Shown here: positions 1 to 9,002 of the stretch, piece by piece
Position numbering within the stretch: position 1 is the stretch's first letter
How the letters are laid out: each line of letters starts with the position of its first letter
DNA from: Chloroflexota bacterium
GTDB taxonomy: Bacteria; Chloroflexota; UBA11872; JBHOQS01
Direction: 5' to 3'
Assembly: GCA_042408875.1 (NCBI GenBank)
Contig: JBHOQS010000014.1
Span: forward strand, 2,891 to 66,890
DNA: 64,000 nucleotides
Translations under genes and position numbers: made by a program
Notes under the pieces: generated by a model
What the model was told of the DNA's origin: nothing
What the model saw: the letters and a program-made list of their open reading frames with translations, nothing else
Databases searched by the model: none

Positions 1-299
1 ATGTGCAGCGAGACGACATCCACCTCGAAGGAGGTATGCTCCTTCTTGCCCGCCAATCCAGTTGCGGATCGAGGAGGGGGGCGTAGCTGTACTGGCTCGT
101 CTGCCGCTCGCGGACTTCGTAGGTAGGTGCGAGGCCGGCAGGGGGATTGTTCTTGCGCCGGGCCTGTGCGTGCCGAAAGTCGCGCACGCTGTTGCGCTCC
201 GTCGGATGCGTCTTCCTTTTGCGTGGCATTGAACTCACCCCTTAAGGCTACTTGCTCTGAGAGGCTTCCGATCTCGGACTCCATCCAGAAGGGCCAGTG

Positions 300-440
300 C
301 CTCGAAGGGCTCGCCGTCGTCATCAACTGGCTCAGCACCCACGTAGCGGCCGGGTGTGAGCACGTAGCCGTGCTTGCGGATCTCTTCCACTGTGGCGCTC
401 TTGGAAAAGCCGGGGCCGTCCCGGTAATCGCCTGCGCCTG
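300..440 (-). pseudogene. hsdM: C-terminal fragment of type I R-M methyltransferase HsdM (duplicate of about 1260-1400)
   Basis: Encodes [45 protein letters not shown] near-identical to the 3' end of the hsdM at 1154-2655. No N-terminus. Confidence 0.85.
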
Positions 441-523
441 CCTGCCGCGCCCGACCTGAAGTCATAGCAATGCGGATTGGCCAGCTTGCAGCCGGCCTCG
501 ATGCCCTTCCCCCTTCACGGGAC

Positions 524-877
524 TCACCCGCTATAGCCCAACTCCTCCAACCGCTTCAGCAATCTTTCTATGGAAGGTTTAAGGGCTGGCGCGTCACGGC
601 TGGCCGCCTCCCATACGATGTCGAGGTCAATGTCGAAGTAACCGTGAACCAGAACATTCCGCATCCCGATGATCTTTGCCCATTCGATTTCTGGTGCCAT
701 GGCCCGCACGTCTTCAGGCAGTCCCCTGGCCGCCTCCCCAATGATCTGCAAATGGCGGACGAACCAACCCTGCAAGAGTTCGTCCTGCTCAAAAGCGGCT
801 CGACCCCTGCCCAAGTAGCGCTCAATGGCAGCGATGGCATCCAGGATGTCCCGCAGGCGCTCCTTCGGGTCTCTCAT
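524..877 (-). CDS. hepT: HepT-like HEPN ribonuclease toxin (DUF86)
   Basis: 117 aa with RX4HXY motif (RNVLVHGY). Start overlaps the stop of the upstream nucleotidyltransferase. Confidence 0.9.
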   Translation of the reverse strand: MRDPKERLRDILDAIAAIERYLGRGRAAFEQDELLQGWFVRHLQIIGEAARGLPEDVRAMAPEIEWAKIIGMRNVLVHGYFDIDLDIVWEAASRDAPALKPSIERLLKRLEELGYSG

Positions 878-1164
878 AGTGGCACGGCCTCCTTGAGCAC
901 CCGATCCCGAATGCGCGGCTTGATGCCGCGATCGCTTACCACATCCACCGGGCGGCCCAGCAGCTGCTCGAGTTCATACTGAAGTCCGCCCAAGTCGAAC
1001 AGGCTCCGCCCCGCTTCCATCTCCACCAGAAAATCGATGTCGCTCTCCTCATCTGCCTCGCCGCGGGCAGCAGAGCCAAAGACCCGGACGTTGCGGGCAC
1101 CGTATTTGGCGCAGATGCGCAGGATTTCTTCGCGCTTTGCCTTCAGCAACTCCTCAAACGTCAT
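874..1164 (-). CDS. mntA: MntA-like minimal nucleotidyltransferase antitoxin
   Basis: 96 aa with GSX10DXD motif ([17 protein letters not shown]) and RPVDVV. Paired with the HEPN gene; start overlaps the hsdM stop. Confidence 0.9.
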   Translation of the reverse strand: MTFEELLKAKREEILRICAKYGARNVRVFGSAARGEADEESDIDFLVEMEAGRSLFDLGGLQYELEQLLGRPVDVVSDRGIKPRIRDRVLKEAVPL

Positions 1165-2655
1165 ATCCGAGCTCCTTCAGGTTCCGGGCGATGGCGGCAT
1201 CGAGCTTCGCGGCCTCGGCCTGCTGCTCGCGCAGTTGCGCCACCAGACGGGCCATCTTCTCCTCGAAGGGCTCGCCGTCGTCATCAACTGGCTCAGCACC
1301 CACGTAGCGGCCGGGTGTGAGCACGTAGCCGTGCTTGCGCACCTCCTCGAGCGTCGCGCTCTTGCAAAAGCCGGGCACGTCTTGGTATTCGCCCGCGTCC
1401 TTCTCACCACGCCAGGCGTGGTAGGTGTCGGCGATCTTCCGGATGTCCTCGTCCGTGAGTTCCCGGTGGACCCGGTCCACCATGCGGCCCATCTTGCGGG
1501 CGTCGATGAAGAGCACCTCGCCGCGGCGGTCGCGCAGGGGCTCTTTTCTTCCCGCGGGCGGGCGTCCGCTCTTGTCTCGGGCGAGGAACCACAGGCACGC
1601 CGGGATCTGGGTCGAGTAGTAGATGGAGGACATCCAGCCGTTGGCCAGCACGAAGCCGGCCACCCCGCGGGCGCCAGGTGGTGGATGATGTGCTGCACCC
1701 AGGCGAAGTTGGCGTTGCCGGCGGGCGGCACGCCGAACTTCCAGCGGCGGTCCTCCAGCAGGTGCTCCCCGCCCCAGCGCTTCATGTTGAACGGCGGATT
1801 GGCCAGGATGTAGTCGGCCTTGAGGTCGGGGAAGCGGTCGTTCGTGAACGAGTCGCCCTGCTCGATCTTCGCGTCGATCCCGCGGATGGCGAGGTTCATC
1901 TTGGCCAGCCGCCAGGTGGTGTAGTTCAGCTCCTGGCCGTAGATCGAGATGTCGCCGATGCGCCCCCCCTGGGCGCGGATGAACTCCTCGGACTGCACGA
2001 ACATCCCCGAGGAGCCGCAGCAGGGGTCATAGACGCGGCCGCGGTAGGGCTCGAACATCTCCACGAGGAGCTTGACGATGCAGCGGGGCGTGTAGAACTC
2101 CCCGCCCTTTTTGCCTTCGGCGCTCGCGAACTGGCCGAGGAAGTACTCGTAGACCCGCCCCAAGATGTCGCGGGCGTGGTTGTCACCCCCGCCGAGGTGG
2201 ATGTTGGAGACGAGGTCGATGAGCTGTCCCAGGCGCTGCTTGTCGAGGGCGGGGCGGGCGTAGTCCTTGGGGAGCACCCCCTTGAGGGAGGGGTTGTCCC
2301 GCTCCACGGCTGCCATGGCGTCGTCCACGAGCTGGCCGATGTCCGGCTGGCGGGCGCTCTTCTGCAGGTGCGCCCAGCGGGCCTCGGGCGGCACCCAGAA
2401 GATGTTGTCCGCCCGGTACTCGTCGGGGTCCTCGGGGTCGGCGCCCTGATCGCGCTGACTCTCGAGCTTGGCGCGGTGGGCCTCGAAGGCGTCCGAGACG
2501 TACTTGAGGAAGATGAGCCCGAGCACCACGTGCTTGTACTCGGCGGCGTCCATGGAGCCGCGCAGGGCGTTGGCGGTCGCCCACAGCTGGGCCTCGAAGC
2601 CGAGGTTGGCGGAGGTCGCGTCCGACTTGCCCGTGTTGTTCTTTCGCTTCGCCAA
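1154..2655 (-). pseudogene. hsdM: Type I R-M methyltransferase subunit HsdM, frameshifted with internal deletion
   Basis: [15 protein letters not shown] and NPPF motifs. Frame changes near 1665 (HHLAPAG / VAGFVLANG). The segment normally between MSS and YSTQIP appears missing. TTG start with GGTGAGGT RBS. Confidence 0.9.
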
Positions 2656-2699
2656 TGGCTACCTCACCCAATCATTTCGCCGAGGCGGTGTCCAAGGGC

Positions 2700-2810
2700 G
2701 TCTAACGGCTTGCGGCTGAGCCGCCGCGCCCTCTACCAGAACGCTACGAATGAAAATGAGCGCCCAAATTGCGGCCCGTTGGCGCGGTCGGCTCCAGTCG
2801 CTTGTTGGGC
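2700..2810 (-). other. Integron attC recombination site
   Basis: Minus strand: R'' GCCCAAC (2810-2804), 5-nt spacer, arm CTG-G-GAGCCG-A-CCGCGCC read as CTGGAGCCGACCGCGCC, variable loop, arm GGCGCGGCGGCTCAG, spacer, R' GTTAGAC (2706-2700). The arms pair with two extrahelical bases. Starts 8 nt after the SRPBCC stop. Confidence 0.85.
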
Positions 2811-3357
2811 GGCAGCGGCTAATGGTCGTCCTTAGCATGGCGCGGACCATCTTCAAGTATGCTCTTGAGACGATTGAAGTCGGGTCCCAGAGTGGGGCGC
2901 ACAACGAGGTTGAGGAAAAGGGCCACCAAGGGGGCTGCCAGAACCTTCAAACCTTTCAATGGTACTTCGAGGCGAAAGTACAGAATCGTTCCTGCGCCTC
3001 CTCGCGCAAGCTCATAAATGGCACTCGGACGGATCGGTCCGGAGGCACGCTGCACGGTGATGAGCCTCGGTGGTTCGAAGGCCGTGATCACCGCCTCTGT
3101 TTCGATCGTGCGCCCTGGCACCCACCGTACTTCGATCTGACGAGACCAAGCTCCTCCCAGAGCCGATTCAGTTCCAATCGCGCGCATCTCGAGCACATTG
3201 GCTCGCCACCTTGGATCATTGGAGAAGTCCGAAAGGAAGGCGAAGACGTCTTCCGGTTGTCGACTGATTTCGACCTTGTGGCTGAGCTTCATATGTTGTT
3301 CCTCCATTGTGATTTGGCTCCTGGCGTTTCGAGCACGTCACCTCCGAGTCCGCTCAA
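2706..3357 (-). mobile_element. Integron gene cassette (SRPBCC ORF + attC)
   Basis: Upstream core G/TTGAGC-GG (3358-3350) fits GTTRRRY and is complementary, with one mismatch, to the cassette's own R'' CCGCCCAAC. One ORF is followed by attC. Confidence 0.75.
2819..3292 (-). CDS. SRPBCC (START-like) family protein
   Basis: [23 protein letters not shown]...FEPPR pattern. ATG at 3292 with GGAGG RBS (ORF track start 3307). Confidence 0.85.
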   Translation of the reverse strand: MKLSHKVEISRQPEDVFAFLSDFSNDPRWRANVLEMRAIGTESALGGAWSRQIEVRWVPGRTIETEAVITAFEPPRLITVQRASGPIRPSAIYELARGGAGTILYFRLEVPLKGLKVLAAPLVALFLNLVVRPTLGPDFNRLKSILEDGPRHAKDDH

Positions 3358-3419
3358 CGGCCTCGAGATGGGACGTCCGGTCAGCCCTTCGAGCCTATCC
3401 GGAATCTGAGTCTCCGCAT

Positions 3420-3921
3420 TGCCTTCGGCGCTGGCGAACTGGCCGAGGAAGTACTCGTAGACCCGTCCCAGGATGTCGCGGGCGTGGTTGTCACCCCCGC
3501 CGAGGTGGATGTTGGAGACGAGGTCGATGAGCTGTCCCAGGCGCTGCTTGTCGAGCGCGGGGCGGGCGTAGTCTTTAGGAAGCACCCCCTTCAAGGAAGG
3601 GTTGTCGCGCTCCACCGCCGCCATGGCCTCGTCCACGAGCTGGCCGATGGTGGGCTGGCGGGCGCTCTTCTGCAGGTGGGACCAGCGGGCCGCGGGCGGC
3701 ACCCAGAAGATGTTCTCGGCTCGGTACTCGTCCGGGTCCTCGGGGTCCGCGTAGGGTTCGGCCTCCAGACGCCGGTGGTGCTCCTCGAAGGCATCGGAGA
3801 TGTACTTGAGGAAGATCAGGCCCAGGACGACGTGCTTGTACTCCGCCGCGTCCATCGAGCCGCGCAGGGCATTGGCCGCTTGCCAGAGCTGGGCCTCGAA
3901 GCCCAGCGTGGCGGAGCTCAT
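3420..3921 (-). pseudogene. hsdM: N-terminal fragment of HsdM (second copy), truncated
   Basis: [35 protein letters not shown]...[13 protein letters not shown], highly similar to 2113-2600. Homology stops abruptly at about 3420. Confidence 0.88.
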
Positions 3922-4299
3922 GGGTGTCCCCACCCTCCGGGCATCCCTCTCGGCTGCAACGCTACCGCTGTAGCGCCTGTGATCCCTTCGACTCATCTCC
4001 ACCCCTTTGACCAAGTTCTGGCCGAATTCTACCTAGCGTTGCTCCCCCTAGCAACCCGCCGTAGATGGGGGTGGTTTTGGTATCGTGACTTCCAGTCCAT
4101 AATTGGAGCGACAACATGAGTTGCGTGCTTCAATTATTCAATCATTTCAATTATTCAACTGAAGACTCGAAGGCTCCCACTGTCAACCCGCCCGGAGGCC
4201 TGATTGGGGGACCGGTTTAGGTGTGTGGTAGGAGTGATAGGAGTGATAGGAGAGGAGAGGTAAGAAGAGCTTCCCAAGCCTGAGTAGACTGACGGCCTG

Positions 4300-4628
4300 C
4301 CCGACGCGGGTGGTGCGCGTCCTTGGCCGGTGCCCGTTGCGGTACCCTGGTCGCGCGTCCGTCCGCTCAGAGGGGGCGGCCGTGCGCTGGTCCGTCCCCT
4401 GCGCCGCCAGCACCTGGTTCAGGCCCTGCGCCAGGAGCCTGGCCCCCCTCGTCCTGGCGGACAAACAGGTGATGGAACAGCTCGCTGGCTACGGTCACCT
4501 GGTCGTGGGCCATCCCTCCCCCCCCCTGGTGTGGTTTGCTGCCGCCTTCCCGCTCCCAGCGGGAGGGTGGCCCTTCTTGCTCACTCCCGGGCCACCCCGC
4601 TTTTTCCACACAATACCGGACACAACTC
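4300..4628 (-). mobile_element. IS256-family element remnant (left end plus frameshifted transposase N-terminus)
   Basis: MAHDQVTVASELFHHLF (ATG 4513), then in another frame LNQVLAAQ...ERTDARPGYRNGHRPRTRTTRVG, the IS256 GYRNG...TRVG motif. IR-like end GAGTTGTGTCCGGTATTGTGTGGAAAA at 4628-4602. Confidence 0.8.
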
Positions 4629-4649
4629 AGAACGGGGGGGGAGATTCAG

Positions 4650-5240
4650 CTACTCCGCGGCCTCGGCGTCCAGCGCAGACGGGCTGGCCGTCCCGCCCTC
4701 GCTGAGGGCGTCGCCGGGCAAGGCGGGCTCCGCGGGAGAAGCAGGAGTTGCCGCCTGGCAGAACACGGCGCGCGTCCCCTGGTCGGTGTGGTACTCGTAG
4801 CGCCGCCCGCCAGCAGCCAGCACCAGGCGGTACCCGGGGGTAATCACCTGGAGGTAGAAGAAGCCCGGCTGCGGGCAGCCGAGCGAGCTGTCCGGCCAGT
4901 CGACGGCCTCGAGCTCGACCACCGCAATGGTCTCAGGAGGCACACCTGTGCGCGCCGCCAGGTCCTGGATGGCCAGCGCAGCCACAGGGGGCAGCGCACT
5001 CGGGTCGGCAGGTTGCTGAGGTAGTGGGGCCGGCGACATCGGTAGCCTGATGACAATACTCCCGCCGCAGCCGTGGTCGGCGGCACCTCCGTAGGCCGAG
5101 AGTGAATCCAGCCTGACCGGATGGCATGCCTCGGCCGGCCCAGCCAGGCCGAGCCAGAGCGCCACGCCGGCGATCATCCCAGTTACCGCAAGCAGGGCCC
5201 ATGCGACGATGGCGTCCTGGCTGTGACCAGGTGTACGCAT
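4650..5240 (-). CDS. Secreted or membrane-anchored hypothetical protein
   Basis: N-terminal hydrophobic segment, conserved-looking WPDSSLGCPQPG...TPGY...YEYHTD block, AAGGAG RBS. Confidence 0.75.
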   Translation of the reverse strand: MRTPGHSQDAIVAWALLAVTGMIAGVALWLGLAGPAEACHPVRLDSLSAYGGAADHGCGGSIVIRLPMSPAPLPQQPADPSALPPVAALAIQDLAARTGVPPETIAVVELEAVDWPDSSLGCPQPGFFYLQVITPGYRLVLAAGGRRYEYHTDQGTRAVFCQAATPASPAEPALPGDALSEGGTASPSALDAEAAE

Positions 5241-5312
5241 CTAGTATACTCCTTGCCGGTAGAGTTCTCACCAGGATACTTCCTACCGGGATAGGTCTTA
5301 AACACCTTCCTG

Positions 5313-6083
5313 ATGCCAGATCTCTTGAGCGTTGCACGGCGTTCCGCATTCCCGCGGAACGCCGTGCAAGATGCGTATCGGGTGTGTCTCGGCGCCGGTT
5401 CGGCGAAATCCATGTGCTCCTTGCACACGATTCAACGTCGCGGGCCTGCGAAAAGTTCCCATCCAGTTGGAACTGACGACAGATCGGACACAGGGCGTGA
5501 GCCTGCTCTGAGCAGCGTTCGGCAGCCCACACGGCGCGGGCTCATCGCCCTGGTGTGGGGCAGCGCCGCGTGGGGATGCGGCGCCGCGCCGGCGCCGCGC
5601 GTGACGGTACGCGAGGTGGCTGAGTTGGAGCAGCGGGTCCGCGAGCATGCCGTCCGGCTGGAGCGCATAGCGGCGTTACTGGAGGAGCATCGTGAGACGC
5701 CCAGCGCCGCGGCGCTGGCCGCAGCCTGCCGCGCCGCCACAGCACGCCTGCCGCGATTGCGCTATAGCCTGCAGGAGACGGCCCGCTCGCTCTTCGAGTT
5801 CCCGCCGGATGCTTCGCGGGTGGAGTACCGTCGCGCGGTGAGCGAAGGGCGCGTGCTGCGGCAGGAGGCCGCCGACCTGGTCGCACAAGTGCAGGAAGTA
5901 CGCCTCCTGCTCCGGCGTATGGCCGCGCTCCCAGACATTGCCGATGTGCCGGCGTTGCAGGCTGAACGTGCTGCCCTGGAGGATGATCTGGCAGTCTTCG
6001 AGCGCGCAGCAGCACGCTTCGAGGCCTATGGACGTATGCTTGAAGAGCAGGGCAGCGCATTCCAGCGCAGCCTCGGTCGGTGA
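5313..6083 (+). CDS. Hypothetical helical protein, probable Tat lipoprotein (true start probably near 5500)
   Basis: TRRGLIAL...AWGC signal-like segment followed by coiled-coil-like helices. Start codon uncertain. Confidence 0.55.
   Translation: MPDLLSVARRSAFPRNAVQDAYRVCLGAGSAKSMCSLHTIQRRGPAKSSHPVGTDDRSDTGREPALSSVRQPTRRGLIALVWGSAAWGCGAAPAPRVTVREVAELEQRVREHAVRLERIAALLEEHRETPSAAALAAACRAATARLPRLRYSLQETARSLFEFPPDASRVEYRRAVSEGRVLRQEAADLVAQVQEVRLLLRRMAALPDIADVPALQAERAALEDDLAVFERAAARFEAYGRMLEEQGSAFQRSLGR
5332..5369. other. Perfect 16-bp inverted repeat (hairpin) between divergent genes
   Basis: TTGCACGGCGTTCCGC-ATTCCC-GCGGAACGCCGTGCAA. Confidence 0.7.
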
Positions 6084-6148
6084 GCTTGCTGCCCTGCCCT
6101 GAGCGGAGCAACCGGCACATGTGCATGCCGGAGGGGAGAAGCAGAGCG

Positions 6149-6904
6149 ATGGCGGTGACGACACAGCGACTCGGCGTGGTACTCCTGTCGGGCGGACTAG
6201 ACTCGACCACGGTAGCAACCCTGGCCGTGCGCCAGGGGTACACGGTCTGGGCGGTGACGGTGCAGTACGGCCAGGCCCATCAGCGCGAGCTCGAGGCGGC
6301 ACGGCAGGTGGCGCAGGCGTTGGGTCTGCGCCATCAGGTCGTGGAGATCACGGCGTTCAAGGACCTGGCCTGGTACTCAGCGCTTACCCATCCGGAGCGC
6401 TTTGGCATCCCCAGTGGACGCTCTCCGGAGCAGATAGCGCGCCAGATCCCGCTCACCTATGTGCCGCTGCGCAATACCTTCCTGCTGACCCTGGCGGCGG
6501 CCTATCTGGAGAGCGCAGCGCTCCACGCTATCGAAGTCGAGGGTGCTGCGCCAGAGCAGCTCGAGGTCGTGCTGTTCATTGCCGCGAATGCTATCGACTA
6601 TAGCGGCTACCCCGACTGCCGCTCGGAGTACTACCGCGCTATAGCCGAGGCGCTGCGGCTGGGGAGCAAACTCGGGACCCAGTACGGCGTGCTGTTCCAG
6701 ATCGAGACGCCGCTTATCGCCAGAACCAAGGCCGAGATCGTCCGCCTAGCTGTCGAGCTTGGGGCCCCGCTCGAGTACACCTGGAGCTGCTATCTCGGCG
6801 GCGAGCGGCCGTGCGGGAAGTGCGATAGCTGCCTCCTGCGCGCCAAAGGCTTCGCTGAAGCAGGCATTCCCGATCCAGCCCTGGTCTCGCTGGGCTGGAG
6901 CTGA
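6149..6904 (+). CDS. queC: 7-cyano-7-deazaguanine synthase
   Basis: SGGLDS, YVPLRN, YPDCR and TWSCY...CGKCDSC zinc motifs. Confidence 0.93.
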   Translation: MAVTTQRLGVVLLSGGLDSTTVATLAVRQGYTVWAVTVQYGQAHQRELEAARQVAQALGLRHQVVEITAFKDLAWYSALTHPERFGIPSGRSPEQIARQIPLTYVPLRNTFLLTLAAAYLESAALHAIEVEGAAPEQLEVVLFIAANAIDYSGYPDCRSEYYRAIAEALRLGSKLGTQYGVLFQIETPLIARTKAEIVRLAVELGAPLEYTWSCYLGGERPCGKCDSCLLRAKGFAEAGIPDPALVSLGWS

Positions 6905-6929
6905 TAGCACGCTGCCGCTCCCAGCCATC

Positions 6930-8087
6930 CTACGGATGCACGATCACCGGAGTGCCGATACCCGCCCAGTCCCAGAACCAGCGCGCCGTGGCTAGGCGTA
7001 GGTTCACACAGCCGTAGCTCATCGGCTGGCCGAAGTTGTTGTGCCACCAGGCGTAGTGGATGGCGTGCCCGACGCCGGTGAAGTACTGCGTGTACAAAAC
7101 ATTTGTCAGCAGGTACCCCTTCGGGCTGGAGAGCGGGATACCGATCGTGCGTGAGTCCATGGTTTCGTTGTAGACGCGGCGCTGGATGGCAAAGATGCCA
7201 ATGGGAGTCAGACCTTTATCAGCGCGGCCGGTGGAGACCAGATCGCTGAAGACAGCACGCTCGCCCTCATATGCGGTGATGCGCTGGCGGCTGATACTGA
7301 TGTCGATCCATTTCATGCCCCAGGGGCCGTACGCTTCGAGCGCCGCCTCCGTCGAGGCCACGCGTGGAGCCCGTGGGAAGAGCGCTTCCCGCCAGTCCGG
7401 GGCCTGCTCTGCTCGCGCCACGGGCTCCACCGGTACGCCGGCGCGGGCGGCCGCTTCAGCGCCGAGCAGGCCGGCCGTCACGGGCTTGTTGGGCTCCCAC
7501 TCCAGCCGGAAGCGCTGGAAGTACTGCACGGTCCGGTCGTTCTCCCAGAGCTCTTCGGTAATGGGATAGCCGAGCACGGGCACACCGCCATGTTGGTCGA
7601 GAAACTGTAGGAAGCCAGCGCCAACGCTGTGCCCGGTCTCGGGGTAGTAGCGCCGCCCGGTCACGCGCTCGTCTTCTTCGGGCGGGGGGACGCGGCGCTG
7701 CCCTTTGCTCAGCTCATCGGCGAGCAGGCCCAGCTCGACCGGGCCGCCTTCTCCAGGGCGCTCGAAGCGGCAGCGTTCGAAATACTGCACGATGCGATCG
7801 CCCCACTCGAGCTCTTCTGTCAGCGGCAGGCCAAAGAGTTCTGCGCCGCCCATGGTACGCCAGAACTGTAAGAAATCCTGCTGGAGGTGATGCCCGGTCT
7901 CAGGGAAGTACACCAGCGACACGTTTGGCCCAACCACCGCGTGGTGTTGACTTGCCTGAGCCCGCTCCAGACCTGCGAAGCCTCCGAAAGCTGTCCCGAG
8001 CGCCATGCCTGCAAGGGCCAGTGCCACGCGGCGGCGCGATAGCCCTGCGCGATGAGCCGAACGGTCTCCTGTGCCTGCACCTGCCAT
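6930..8087 (-). CDS. Tat-exported L,D-transpeptidase with FPETGH-type repeats
   Basis: SRRRVAL Tat signal, YFPETGH/GYPITEE/VQYFQR repeats, YkuD catalytic motif AIH...SYGCVN. Confidence 0.9.
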   Translation of the reverse strand: MAGAGTGDRSAHRAGLSRRRVALALAGMALGTAFGGFAGLERAQASQHHAVVGPNVSLVYFPETGHHLQQDFLQFWRTMGGAELFGLPLTEELEWGDRIVQYFERCRFERPGEGGPVELGLLADELSKGQRRVPPPEEDERVTGRRYYPETGHSVGAGFLQFLDQHGGVPVLGYPITEELWENDRTVQYFQRFRLEWEPNKPVTAGLLGAEAAARAGVPVEPVARAEQAPDWREALFPRAPRVASTEAALEAYGPWGMKWIDISISRQRITAYEGERAVFSDLVSTGRADKGLTPIGIFAIQRRVYNETMDSRTIGIPLSSPKGYLLTNVLYTQYFTGVGHAIHYAWWHNNFGQPMSYGCVNLRLATARWFWDWAGIGTPVIVHP

Positions 8088-8305
8088 TGCTTTTTCACCT
8101 CCCGCCATCGGCCCGCTTGCTGAGGCGTGTCTTTATAGTTAGCATTTGAGGTTCTGGTCGGCACTTGGGCGTCCTGCAGGACGCCCAAGTACTCCTGGTC
8201 TCCCCAAACGCGTATGCGTAGGTAACAAGAATGTGCAAGTATTATGCCAGATGGGTGCTGTGCATGTAAGAGGGGACAGGGCTTCCGGCCGGATTGCGCC
8301 AACAC

Positions 8306-8339
8306 TTGTGCAACTCCGAATAGTTTGGTATGATCAAAC
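8306..8339 (+). promoter_or_regulatory. Sigma70-type promoter for marR-ABC with overlapping palindrome (probable MarR operator)
   Basis: TTGTGC (8306)-17 nt-TATGAT (8329). Inverted repeat GTTTG-N7-CAAAC (8323-8339) straddles the -10. Confidence 0.55.
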
Positions 8340-8447
8340 CGCTAGGGATAGGCAAATTGCTCGAAAGCTGTGAATGATCTGGCTGGAGGGCGAAACCAGG
8401 CGCCGGCCCTGTCGGTGCCTGACAGTGAGCCGGCGGAGAAAGGCGCC

Positions 8448-8999
8448 ATGTCTATGTCTCCGTCTTCGATGAGCTCGGCAGGTTCGGCCGTAGGGGCGCA
8501 GGCGAGCGACAGGCTCTCCACCGGTCTGAGCCAGCAGGATCTGGCGCGGGTCGCCGATCTGCTGCGGGCCGCCATGCGGGTGGTGCGCGGGGGCCAGGTG
8601 GCTGAGTGGACGGACCTCGACCTTACCATGGCCCAGGTAAAGGTGCTGTTTCTGCTGCACCATGAAGGGCCGCTCCGCACGGGGCATATCGCTGCTCGCC
8701 TGGACGTGAAGCTCCCCACCGTGACCAGCACGGTGGATGGGCTGGTGAAGCGTGGGCTGGTCCAGCGCGAGGACGACCCGCATGACCGCCGCATCGTGAT
8801 CGTGCGTCTCACGCCGGAGGGCAGCGCGCTGATGGAGCGGTTGCAGCAGGGGCGTCAGGCGCGGCTGGTCGCGCTGCTGGCGCAGATGCAGCCGCACGAG
8901 GTAGCAGCCCTGGAGGAGGGGCTGCGCGCCCTGATCCGTGCCGCCGAAGCGAGCACCGAGCCGGCGGCAGCCACCCAGTCACACACAAAGGATTGCTGA
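8448..8999 (+). CDS. MarR family transcriptional regulator
   Basis: LTMAQVKVL...TVTSTVDGLVKRGLVQR...DRRIVIVRLTPEG. Confidence 0.93.
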   Translation: MSMSPSSMSSAGSAVGAQASDRLSTGLSQQDLARVADLLRAAMRVVRGGQVAEWTDLDLTMAQVKVLFLLHHEGPLRTGHIAARLDVKLPTVTSTVDGLVKRGLVQREDDPHDRRIVIVRLTPEGSALMERLQQGRQARLVALLAQMQPHEVAALEEGLRALIRAAEASTEPAAATQSHTKDC

Positions 9000-9002
9000 G
9001 CC

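Noticed and set aside
1-520. A second complete attC closing the hsdM-TA unit
   Set aside because: No RYYYAAC on the minus strand in this interval; plus-strand GTT sites are not GTTRRRY.
300-3921. Phase-variable type I R-M shufflon
   Set aside because: The repeats are direct and in hsdM; no hsdS, inverted repeats or recombinase present.
6084-6148. preQ1 riboswitch upstream of queC
   Set aside because: No preQ1 stem-loop or A-rich tail visible.
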